NCBI GenBank assembly: GCA_017620815.1
Contig: JAGAUI010000010.1
Span: 1,944-65,943 of the forward strand
Length of the DNA stretch: 64,000 nucleotides
Origin: Flavobacteriales bacterium
GTDB taxonomy: Bacteria > Bacteroidota > Bacteroidia > Flavobacteriales > UBA1820
Reading direction: 5' to 3'
In this document: positions 15,774-23,642 of the stretch, in pieces
Layout: each line of letters opens with the position of its first letter
Position numbering within the stretch: position 1 is the stretch's first letter
Notes under the pieces: model-generated
What the model was told of the DNA's origin: nothing
Database searches by the model: none
What the model saw: the letters and a program-made list of their open reading frames with translations, nothing else
Position numbers and translations under genes: made by a program

Positions 15774-16811
15774 TTATCTTCTTACAAACTCATACAACTC
15801 TCGCAGGTAGTCGTCGATGTTTTCGTCTATATAGAAACAATCTTTTTGTGGTTGCCAGCGGTAATGCACTTTGTCGGATAATGGCTCTGTCCACTGCTCC
15901 ACGCCTGGCATATCCGCGGATAAATCCTCCAAATAATCGTGAAAATATAGGCGTGTGCGATTGGCTATCTCTTGCCCGAGTCGGATTTTAGGCGCACGAT
16001 TTTGCTCGGCCTCGTGCAAAAACTTATCCCTAAACTCATCAAACGAGCAACGCTCCCACCATTTCCCACCACTGCCATCTTGCTCCTCCCAATGCTGATG
16101 CGAGACCTTGACCTCCACGCAAAAGTCGTTCATACGCAGAATGTCGGAAATGGAATAGGGCTTGTGGCAACTCAAATCGTGAATGGCATGACAGATACAG
16201 AGGTGGCTCAATTTCTCGGCGGCAGGCTGTACGGACTCATACCAAGTCGTGTCGTCATTGAGGTCATCTTTTATCCCCAACTCTTCGCATGTCATTTCGG
16301 GGCGATAGTCGGCAGGCGAGCGGAGGTACCAGCAAGACTCTACCTCCTCCAATTTCAGATGCTTGCAAGTGTATAGCCAGTCAATAATGCAAAACATCTC
16401 GTAGAATTCCGAGCCGTAATAGTCGTCATTCGCCATTGGCAAAACAGAACTGTGTCCATTCGGCGAAAACCTAAGCGAGCCCTCGACCTCCACATCGTCA
16501 TCAAATTCGGGGTCATAGGTTGTGGTCGCCATCTTGCGATAGACAGCCTCTGTACGAGCATACATCTTATGCGTAAGTTCAAATAGCCTATTATTTACTT
16601 GCTCCATACGCACCACCTCCTCAGGTGTAGCGACAAACATCTTATCGAGCAGATGTTTACGCTTCCAAATCAATTTTTCGACCTGCTCACATTTGCGCTG
16701 CGAACGAGTCCACTCGATATTAAACTCCACATTTCGTCCCGTGATGGCAAGAATCTTCTCTTCGATTTTCTGCACCTGCTCCCGCAGATGGGTATATTCA
16801 TTGTTTTTCAT
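15774..16811 (-). CDS. hypothetical protein, N-terminal coiled-coil-like region and Cys/His-rich centre
   Basis: I trimmed the ORF to the ATG at 16811 ('MKNNEYTHL'), because a TAnnTTTG box lies inside the longer track ORF. The centre reads 'HLCICHAIHDLSCHKPY'. No family was recognised. Confidence 0.55.
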   Translation of the reverse strand: MKNNEYTHLREQVQKIEEKILAITGRNVEFNIEWTRSQRKCEQVEKLIWKRKHLLDKMFVATPEEVVRMEQVNNRLFELTHKMYARTEAVYRKMATTTYDPEFDDDVEVEGSLRFSPNGHSSVLPMANDDYYGSEFYEMFCIIDWLYTCKHLKLEEVESCWYLRSPADYRPEMTCEELGIKDDLNDDTTWYESVQPAAEKLSHLCICHAIHDLSCHKPYSISDILRMNDFCVEVKVSHQHWEEQDGSGGKWWERCSFDEFRDKFLHEAEQNRAPKIRLGQEIANRTRLYFHDYLEDLSADMPGVEQWTEPLSDKVHYRWQPQKDCFYIDENIDDYLRELYEFVRR

Positions 16812-16834
16812 AATAAATGGGATGTAATTTTCGG

Positions 16835-16842
16835 CAAAACTA
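16835..16842 (-). promoter_or_regulatory. candidate -7 promoter box (TAGTTTTG) at the upstream edge of the island
   Basis: The minus strand reads GGTGTAGTTTTGCC, with the box 24 nt upstream of the ATG at 16811. Confidence 0.35.
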
Positions 16843-17049
16843 CACCACCAAACTGCCATAATATGACAGATTAGAATTTCAAAGACAAAAAGAGCAGAAT
16901 GTTGAATTTTATTTAAGCCGTACCAAGTAACACCAATTGACCTTAATTTAGACTACAAAGGAGGTTACACGAGAAGAGTAAGATTGGAGTTTTAGCGGTT
17001 TTTGTGAGCTATATCTTTTTACAGCACAACTGCCTAACATGTTGAATAT

Positions 17050-17086
17050 AAATAATTTCGGCGGTAAAATATTATTCACCGCCGAA
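17050..17086 (-). terminator. intrinsic terminator after the beta-propeller lipoprotein gene
   Basis: TTCGGCGGT (17057-17065) pairs with ACCGCCGAA (17078-17086). An A/U-rich run with U-tracts follows on the minus-strand RNA. Confidence 0.55.
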
Positions 17087-17132
17087 AAAGGACTATCCAA
17101 ATGACTGCCCTGTTTACTTTCATTTTAATATC

Positions 17133-18281
17133 TTAAAGTTTGAATTTCACCATACGGAAGAGGTCTTTTTCCTTATCGGGAGAGAGGAATGCATAAAAGA
17201 CATCGTCTTTATATCCTACTATACGCATAGGTGTATCCATAGGTATATCGCCCACCATATCATCTCCTTTATACACCTGCAATCCATAGCCTGTTTTGTC
17301 TTCTTTTACATATGAGCGGAAGATATAATCCCCATAGGCATACACATTCATATATCTTCCATATTTTTTAAGGTGAGCTCCCATATTTTCTTCTGCCTCA
17401 TCAAATGACAGCGTAACAGGGTAGTTGGTATCACCCAATGCAGATGCATAGCCTATCATTTTGCTTACATGACCTGTCTTGTCCATCACATATATAAGAC
17501 TATCTGCTACATACGATACATACATATCCCCATCTCTTACAGCCATATCATAGGAAGAGAACACTGGCATATTCTTTTCACGATACACCGCAGGAAAATG
17601 CCCAAAGAGCGTATTGGGAGAAGAGGAACACATATTCACTCCCATAAAATTATACGCCTTCTGCCAATACTCTACACTACCCATAGAAGGCGAATAACCA
17701 TTGAATTTTATGTGTTCTGTGATGGCTGGAATTATAAGAGTACTATCATCAGCCATCGCTAGGCGTCCTACATTGAAATTATACTCATACATATATGGGT
17801 TTTCGGGATTGGGGTTATTGTAAAGGTCTTCCCATTCTGCTTCACTCATTTTATTACCTCTCTGGAAATAAAAGGATTTGTTTTTCTTCTGCCACATTTT
17901 ATCATAATGATGCAGCATATTGTTGGCATCTAGGATTATGATACCGTCATTACCGTCAGCACATACCGCCCAAGGATATGTCTTCATATCATTTGGCCCA
18001 TCGCCTTTTTCTATACGGCGGGTGATGTATTTGCCATCCATAGAGAACAGGTGTGCCCCATGTGTGTATTTGTCAAACCATACCAATGTGTCCTCTTTCA
18101 TTATCCAACTTCCTTCCAACGAAAGGCTGCTACCATCCATGTAAACGGTATCACATTTAATACTGGTGATTTTAATGTCTTTTTCTCCTCTATGACGTGG
18201 TTCTTTATTATCAATATCTACGCCACAGGATGCAACTGCCATTATTACTATAGCCGATGCCAATAGATTTAATTTTTTCAT
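17133..18281 (-). CDS. 6-bladed beta-propeller-type lipoprotein (Bacteroidales family)
   Basis: The lipobox is 'AVASCG'. It is a paralog of 19056..20273: compare 'LFSMDGKYITRRIEKGDGPNDM' with 'LYDMNGKFIRQISSRGDSPESY'. Hydrophobic-Asp blade-like motifs repeat along the sequence. Confidence 0.65.
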   Translation of the reverse strand: MKKLNLLASAIVIMAVASCGVDIDNKEPRHRGEKDIKITSIKCDTVYMDGSSLSLEGSWIMKEDTLVWFDKYTHGAHLFSMDGKYITRRIEKGDGPNDMKTYPWAVCADGNDGIIILDANNMLHHYDKMWQKKNKSFYFQRGNKMSEAEWEDLYNNPNPENPYMYEYNFNVGRLAMADDSTLIIPAITEHIKFNGYSPSMGSVEYWQKAYNFMGVNMCSSSPNTLFGHFPAVYREKNMPVFSSYDMAVRDGDMYVSYVADSLIYVMDKTGHVSKMIGYASALGDTNYPVTLSFDEAEENMGAHLKKYGRYMNVYAYGDYIFRSYVKEDKTGYGLQVYKGDDMVGDIPMDTPMRIVGYKDDVFYAFLSPDKEKDLFRMVKFKL

Positions 18282-18423
18282 AACCGATATTTATATTTTT
18301 CTGCAAAGGTAAATCTTTATATCCTTTAAGCAAAGAATACACGTATTTATTTGTATGTTTTTTTTGCCTAATTTGGATATAATTTGTTACATCTAAGCAC
18401 ACTTTATGTATATAAAAACACAA

Positions 18424-18442
18424 GGCAGCCCGCAGGGCTGCC
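18424..18442. terminator. palindromic GC hairpin terminator (GGCAGCCC-GCA-GGGCTGCC)
   Basis: A perfect 8-bp stem with a 3-nt loop and T-rich sequence on both sides. It lies between two minus-strand genes. Confidence 0.65.
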
Positions 18443-18468
18443 TTTTAGGGGAAGAGGAGATTAAGATT

Positions 18469-19062
18469 TTATTTTACCACTTCAAAATACCTTTTATATA
18501 CCATATCGTGATATACATCATTGTAATGTGGTATTTCTTTTATAGGGATAAAAAAGTTTTCTATCCTCATATCTCTTTTCATCACACACACCCAAGGCAT
18601 ATTTTCATTTTTCATAATATCTCCTAGTGCATCACTTGAGATGAGTCTAACATCAGTTTTAATGTCCCTATCTATCATATAAGATAACACTTGACGTAAA
18701 CCGCTACCTTCCACAAGTATTAAAATCCTATCTCCACCTATCCTAATAGCCAAATCTGCTAAATTCTCCACCTCATTATCCACACATACCTTACAATTAT
18801 GTTCAGAGAAAACAAATATCACTTTATATTCATCATCCAATAGAGATGATAAATTTTCTTCAATTCCATTTATGTCTTTCACTCTAAAATCATTCAAAAC
18901 TCTACCCTCATACATCCATGTGGCTTTTGCGGCCGACATCATCAATTCTCCCTTCATTTCACATAGCATATAATCATCAGATACTTCTTTTTCACTCTCA
19001 CAGGACATGACAAACAAGCACAATGAAATTCCCAATATCAGGCAATTGATTTTTCTTACCAT
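18469..19062 (-). CDS. thioredoxin-fold (TlpA/redoxin-like) lipoprotein
   Basis: The lipobox is 'LFVMSCES'. 'KVIFVFSEHNCKVCVDNEV' has a CxxC at the position expected for a thioredoxin fold. It overlaps the upstream propeller gene by 7 nt. Confidence 0.55.
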   Translation of the reverse strand: MVRKINCLILGISLCLFVMSCESEKEVSDDYMLCEMKGELMMSAAKATWMYEGRVLNDFRVKDINGIEENLSSLLDDEYKVIFVFSEHNCKVCVDNEVENLADLAIRIGGDRILILVEGSGLRQVLSYMIDRDIKTDVRLISSDALGDIMKNENMPWVCVMKRDMRIENFFIPIKEIPHYNDVYHDMVYKRYFEVVK

Positions 19063-20273
19063 TGTTTCTTCATCTTAAATTTTACTATAATTGGATTGTC
19101 ATTTTTATCTACTCTATTACGCAAACTATCCAACACTGGGGACAATCTAATACTCTGAGGTAGAATTATATCCTTTGGTTCAATAACTGAATACACATAC
19201 CCATTTTCATCTCCTGCCCTCATCTGAAAGGGAGATATTTTATCCATATCATTTTTTATCATAGGAGTCTTCTTATCTCCCAGTGCCACCATCATTTCTT
19301 TATCTTCGTTTATAAAAACCATATAGCTTTTATCTGCCGAAACCAATCCTACTACATAAATCCCACCCGAGAAAACCTGCCTTTGCAAAGTATAAAATGG
19401 ATATGTTTTCCGCAGGGACAACGCTTCTTTCATATTTGTGGCACCTTTTAATCCACCTATATATTCCTGTATATTTTTTCTATTGTCTTCATTTACATAA
19501 AAGATATGTTTGACCTTTATGCCCTCCATCGTTACAGAATAGATGGTATCACAAGCATCTTGAATAAAAGCGACATCTCCTTCCGAAGTCATACATAAAG
19601 GATTTAAAGACATCACTTTTGCTCCTTGAAGTATTTCATCGTCTTGATAAACACCCACATGCAAAAGTTTTTCGCTTTTCATATCCCACAATCCTAATAG
19701 CGGATATTTACCCTTTTCATTTAACAAAGATGGATTTTTCACTTTGAAATAAAAAACCATCTTTTCGCCACCTATATACTCCATAGCATGTGCAACAAAG
19801 GGCAGTTTCACACTCTTTATAAAACTCCCATCCATAGAAAACATCAAAAGCCGCATAGTCGCTGCATCCAATATAAAAACACACCCTCCCTGTTTGTCTA
19901 TCGCCACATCTCTTAACGACACATAGCTTTCGGGAGAGTCTCCACGAGAGGATATTTGCCGGATAAATTTACCATTCATATCATAGAGAAATACCCTGTT
20001 GGCTCTTTCATTATCTACAACTACTATGGTATCTCCCACAGGAATAATCTTTGTGATATAACCTATGAGGCACTGTTCGCCTGTCTCCAATGGCATGTAT
20101 TCTATCGAGTCTATAACATCAGAAAAGAGCACTGTTTTGTCATCACACACAGACAAATCAACATAAGCATCATTTCCTTCTGCTGTATAACCACTCCTTT
20201 CTCCATCACTGCAAGAGAGGAGAAATACACAGTTGATTATTGCTAAATATAAATATCTCATAACGTGATTCAT
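19056..20273 (-). CDS. 6-bladed beta-propeller-type lipoprotein (paralog of 17133..18281)
   Basis: The lipobox is 'FLLSCSD'. Its motifs are shared with the downstream paralog. Confidence 0.65.
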   Translation of the reverse strand: MNHVMRYLYLAIINCVFLLSCSDGERSGYTAEGNDAYVDLSVCDDKTVLFSDVIDSIEYMPLETGEQCLIGYITKIIPVGDTIVVVDNERANRVFLYDMNGKFIRQISSRGDSPESYVSLRDVAIDKQGGCVFILDAATMRLLMFSMDGSFIKSVKLPFVAHAMEYIGGEKMVFYFKVKNPSLLNEKGKYPLLGLWDMKSEKLLHVGVYQDDEILQGAKVMSLNPLCMTSEGDVAFIQDACDTIYSVTMEGIKVKHIFYVNEDNRKNIQEYIGGLKGATNMKEALSLRKTYPFYTLQRQVFSGGIYVVGLVSADKSYMVFINEDKEMMVALGDKKTPMIKNDMDKISPFQMRAGDENGYVYSVIEPKDIILPQSIRLSPVLDSLRNRVDKNDNPIIVKFKMKKQW

Positions 20274-20419
20274 TTAGGCAACATAGGCAATAAAGAGCAC
20301 AAGGAACCCCCTACTTTCAATAAAGCTTCCACTATTGCATACACAAAGCTAAGAAAAAATTATAAACATAGCACATATAAACAATACAGAATCATTTTTT
20401 ACACTTTTTACAAACGCAA

Positions 20420-20438
20420 GGCAGCCCTGCGGGCTGCC
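20420..20438. terminator. palindromic GC hairpin terminator (GGCAGCCC-TGC-GGGCTGCC)
   Basis: A perfect 8-bp stem. It is the exact reverse complement of the element at 18424..18442. Confidence 0.6.
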
Positions 20439-20452
20439 TTGTTTGACATCAT

Positions 20453-21144
20453 CTATAACATATTTATATACGCCGCCAATGCTTCGGGGTCGTCACCATC
20501 TACATAGCTGTCATCTTCATCATAGACAGGTGTAGGCATATCTATTAGCATCATCTGTACATTCTGCCATGACACACCCCATAGTAGGTACTCCCTCGTC
20601 CAATGAAAATGAGCACATACAGCGGCCTCCATTCCCCATGGGCTTTTAAGACCTCTTATCTGGGCTTTTACTCTATCCGATTTTTTGCCTCTGCTAGACA
20701 AACGCCCTTTATCAATCTGATAGAGTTGATAAAATCCGCAGTACCACACATCGTGAGGATATTTACAACCAACATAAACATATCACGAGGTGTAAGTTGC
20801 CACATGATATATCTGGAAACCAATCCACCTATGCACTTTATGAGAAATTTATCGGCTAGGATAGCTGCTGCCAACGCTTGGGAGAGACGATGTGCATTCT
20901 CCTCCACCAATGCAAATCCATAGGAAAGCGGGCTCTCCTCTACTTTTTCTTCGTCTATATCTATCCCCCCAAAGGCAGATGATATATTATATAGCACCCC
21001 AAGTGTAGGCGGAGCTATCTTTATCTTAAATTGGGGGAAAACATAACTCAATAGTCCCTTACGCTTTACGGTGTAACTTACTCCTTTTTCCATAAGAGCC
21101 TCTATGGCTCTTTCTTGTGTCTCTTGTTCTGTGGTTTGTGTCAT
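20453..21144 (-). pseudogene. two overlapping ORFs (158 aa plus an ~83-aa extension in the -1 frame): a frameshifted gene or a programmed -1 frameshift
   Basis: ORF 20668..21144 and ORF 20453..20749 overlap in different frames. The downstream frame is open only from about 20782. An A_AAA_AAT heptamer (20680..20686) sits 4 codons before the first ORF's stop, and a -1 slip there reads straight into the second ORF. Confidence 0.5.
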
Positions 21145-21220
21145 TTTATTTATATGATTTGGTTATATACTAATATAACAAATTATTTCCTTTTTGACAA
21201 ATGTTTTCCCCTTTTGCATA

Positions 21221-21254
21221 TAAAAAAGCCCCTTCGACCTACGGTCGAAGGGGC
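21221..21254 (-). terminator. intrinsic terminator after rsmD
   Basis: A 12-bp stem, GCCCCTTCGACC/GGTCGAAGGGGC, followed by U6 on the minus-strand RNA. Confidence 0.75.
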
Positions 21255-21282
21255 GTATATTCACATAGCAGCTACTTTTTTT

Positions 21283-21852
21283 CTATTCTTCTGTTTCTTC
21301 CTCCTCTCTCTCCCATTCAAAGAAACTGAAATGCACCGTACCATATCGGCGTGTCTGTGTGTATTGTGGGAAAGAGCTAAGGTCTATAGACGCTGGATGT
21401 TCTACCACCAGAATACCCTCCTCGCTCAACAGATGACGGTCAAAGACTTCGCTTACTATTTTCTTGTATTTATCTTCTGCCATATCATAAGGAGGGTCTG
21501 CAAATATGATATCACTCTCCCCACGAGAAGACGACAGGTATCTGAAAACATCTGAATTGATGACCGTTATCTGCTCCTCAAACCCCAGTGTAGCAGATGT
21601 CTGTGCTATATATCTAGTACAACCTCTGTCCATATCCACACTACGCACAGAAATAGCTCCCCTCGAAGCAAACTCATATGATATATTTCCCGTTCCAGCA
21701 AAAAGGTCTGTCACTGTAACTTCGTCCATATCAAAATAGTTGTTCAGGATATTAAAGAGGGATTCTTTGGCCATATCGGTAGTGGGACGCACTGGCAAAT
21801 TACGCGGAGCGACCAGAAAACGACCTTTCCATCTTCCAGATATTATTCTCAT
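21283..21852 (-). CDS. rsmD: 16S rRNA (guanine966-N2)-methyltransferase
   Basis: 189 aa. 'MRIISGRWKGRFL', 'RPTTDMAKESLFNIL', 'DLFAGTGNISYEFASRGA' and 'IIFADPPY' form the RsmD motif set. Confidence 0.9.
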   Translation of the reverse strand: MRIISGRWKGRFLVAPRNLPVRPTTDMAKESLFNILNNYFDMDEVTVTDLFAGTGNISYEFASRGAISVRSVDMDRGCTRYIAQTSATLGFEEQITVINSDVFRYLSSSRGESDIIFADPPYDMAEDKYKKIVSEVFDRHLLSEEGILVVEHPASIDLSSFPQYTQTRRYGTVHFSFFEWEREEEETEE

Positions 21853-21864
21853 ATCATCTGTGGA

Positions 21865-22722
21865 TTAAAGATTAAAGACATTTGGTGATTCACATTCTGC
21901 TAGCATATCAAGTGATGCAGAATATAAACCCATCTCATTTCTTTTTGCAAAACGAGCATTAGGGAAATATCTCTTTATAGCATCGGCATATTCTGTATAG
22001 CGTTCTACACTTCCATAGAGAGTTATACTTACCTCTCTTTCGTTTACCCCTAGATGATTGCACACAGAAAGCATATAGTATGCAAATGCCGATTTTTCCT
22101 TTACTTTATATGTGTTCACCATTTGCAGGCCTTCACCACCTGTTACCGCCACACACATATGCGTGTTATACATATTGACATAGAGGTGTACATCGACTGT
22201 ATCCTCTGGGAGACTATCCATAAATGCACTCACCGAATGTCGTACGATTATAGAACGAGTTCTAGTGGATAGATACTGCTCCACCTTCTCCAATGATTGG
22301 TACACACACACCGCATTGTGCTTAACTACAGCATCTACCTTGATAGATTTATCTTGTGTAAGGTCTCTTCCTACCGTAAAACTTAAATAATCCTTACGAT
22401 GTCTTTCATCATATAAATCTGTAGGCATCACAGTATATATGGTGTCATTATAGAGGAGTATCACCTCTTCATACCTCAAAGTATTAAGTACAGGCGTGGT
22501 CTCTACCGTTTCTATAAGAGATGACAACAATCGCGTATATGTACTTCCATACTTGATAGTTTTGGAACCATAAGCTATATAGAGATTGTCATCTATGTCC
22601 TTTATAGAAAAAGAAAATCCATCGAGCCCTAGCTCGATGGATAGTCTTAACTTTTTATTTTTTATATCCTCTCCTTCTAGGGCGGCATCTGTATATAGCA
22701 CGTCAATGTTATCTACACCCAT
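21865..22722 (-). CDS. DUF3822-like protein (conserved rsmD neighbour in Bacteroidetes)
   Basis: 285 aa, immediately upstream of rsmD. I recall that position as typical for DUF3822. There is no catalytic motif. Confidence 0.5.
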   Translation of the reverse strand: MGVDNIDVLYTDAALEGEDIKNKKLRLSIELGLDGFSFSIKDIDDNLYIAYGSKTIKYGSTYTRLLSSLIETVETTPVLNTLRYEEVILLYNDTIYTVMPTDLYDERHRKDYLSFTVGRDLTQDKSIKVDAVVKHNAVCVYQSLEKVEQYLSTRTRSIIVRHSVSAFMDSLPEDTVDVHLYVNMYNTHMCVAVTGGEGLQMVNTYKVKEKSAFAYYMLSVCNHLGVNEREVSITLYGSVERYTEYADAIKRYFPNARFAKRNEMGLYSASLDMLAECESPNVFNL

Positions 22723-22748
22723 GTCAAGAGAGTTTATAGAGTGAGTAA

Positions 22749-23471
22749 TTATTCTTCTTTACCCCAGTTACCTTCTGTAGTAGGAACAAGCATATCACCT
22801 ATTTTGATGACATCACCTTTAACACCTACCACTGCAGCACATTCGTTGGCTACTAGGTCTGGATTCTGGTCTGCAAGGACATCTGCTTTTTTAACGCTCA
22901 CTTCAAATACAGCAACTGTATTTTTACCACGTTCTACACTACCTGCATTGATAGAATATTCTTTCACCTCGCCTTCTGGAAGACCAGGAACATATTTAAG
23001 ATTTTTATAGTCTCCATGAGTCTCTACATAGGCTGCAAATTTCTCATAGTTCTTTTTAAGGTGTTCTAGAACAGGAACCACAGCTACAGTGTCTGTAACT
23101 TTGATTTCTTTTTCTATAGTGATACGGTAGATTTTGCTGTATTCTTTTACTTTTTCTTCACGAGTCTGTGTAAGGTACACGCTATCGTTTTCTATGAATG
23201 AATACAACTGGTCAAATGTTTTGGCAAACTCACCTTTTGAGCTACGGTATAGTTTTTCAACATCTCCTATCGCTTCTAGGCTACGGAAAATTTTAGCATA
23301 ACGAGCATCACGTACTTCGTTAAATTCAATAGGAGCCATGATTGAGTTAGTCAAAAGATAAACACCTAGACCTACTACCAACCATAGGCCTGCTGCCAAA
23401 AATCTTTTTTTAATAAGTGAAAATACTGCTACTAGAGCAAATACTACTGCAATGATAATTACGTAATTCAT
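22749..23471 (-). CDS. membrane-anchored hypothetical protein
   Basis: 240 aa with two N-terminal TM segments followed by a soluble domain. Confidence 0.55.
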   Translation of the reverse strand: MNYVIIIAVVFALVAVFSLIKKRFLAAGLWLVVGLGVYLLTNSIMAPIEFNEVRDARYAKIFRSLEAIGDVEKLYRSSKGEFAKTFDQLYSFIENDSVYLTQTREEKVKEYSKIYRITIEKEIKVTDTVAVVPVLEHLKKNYEKFAAYVETHGDYKNLKYVPGLPEGEVKEYSINAGSVERGKNTVAVFEVSVKKADVLADQNPDLVANECAAVVGVKGDVIKIGDMLVPTTEGNWGKEE

Positions 23472-23621
23472 AATGATGATAGTTTTTATATATTCCCCGC
23501 AAAGCTACAATTTTTTTTCCGTTAAACATAAAAAAACTCCATGAAAAAAAAGTTTTTTAATTTTTTATCCCAAAACCTCTTTTTGAGGCTACATTTGTAT
23601 AGAATTTAGGCACAAAATCTG

Positions 23622-23629
23622 TACATTTG
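23622..23629 (+). promoter_or_regulatory. candidate -7 promoter box (TACATTTG) for the helicase gene
   Basis: TACATTTG matches TAnnTTTG. A second copy lies at 23590..23597. Confidence 0.3.
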
Positions 23630-23642
23630 CTTTTTATAAGTA

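Noticed and set aside
16812-16859. Longer start (16859) for the first island gene
   Set aside because: The extra 16 residues ('MAVWWCSFAENYIPFI') overlap the predicted TAnnTTTG promoter box at 16835-16842, so I preferred the ATG at 16811. This is not proven.
4233-17132. Calling the island an ICE, prophage or other defined mobile element
   Set aside because: I looked for tyrosine or serine recombinases, transposases, relaxase/T4SS genes, capsid/terminase genes and flanking repeats, and found none in the window. The FtsK-like and DUF932-like genes alone do not define an element, so no mobile_element feature is reported.
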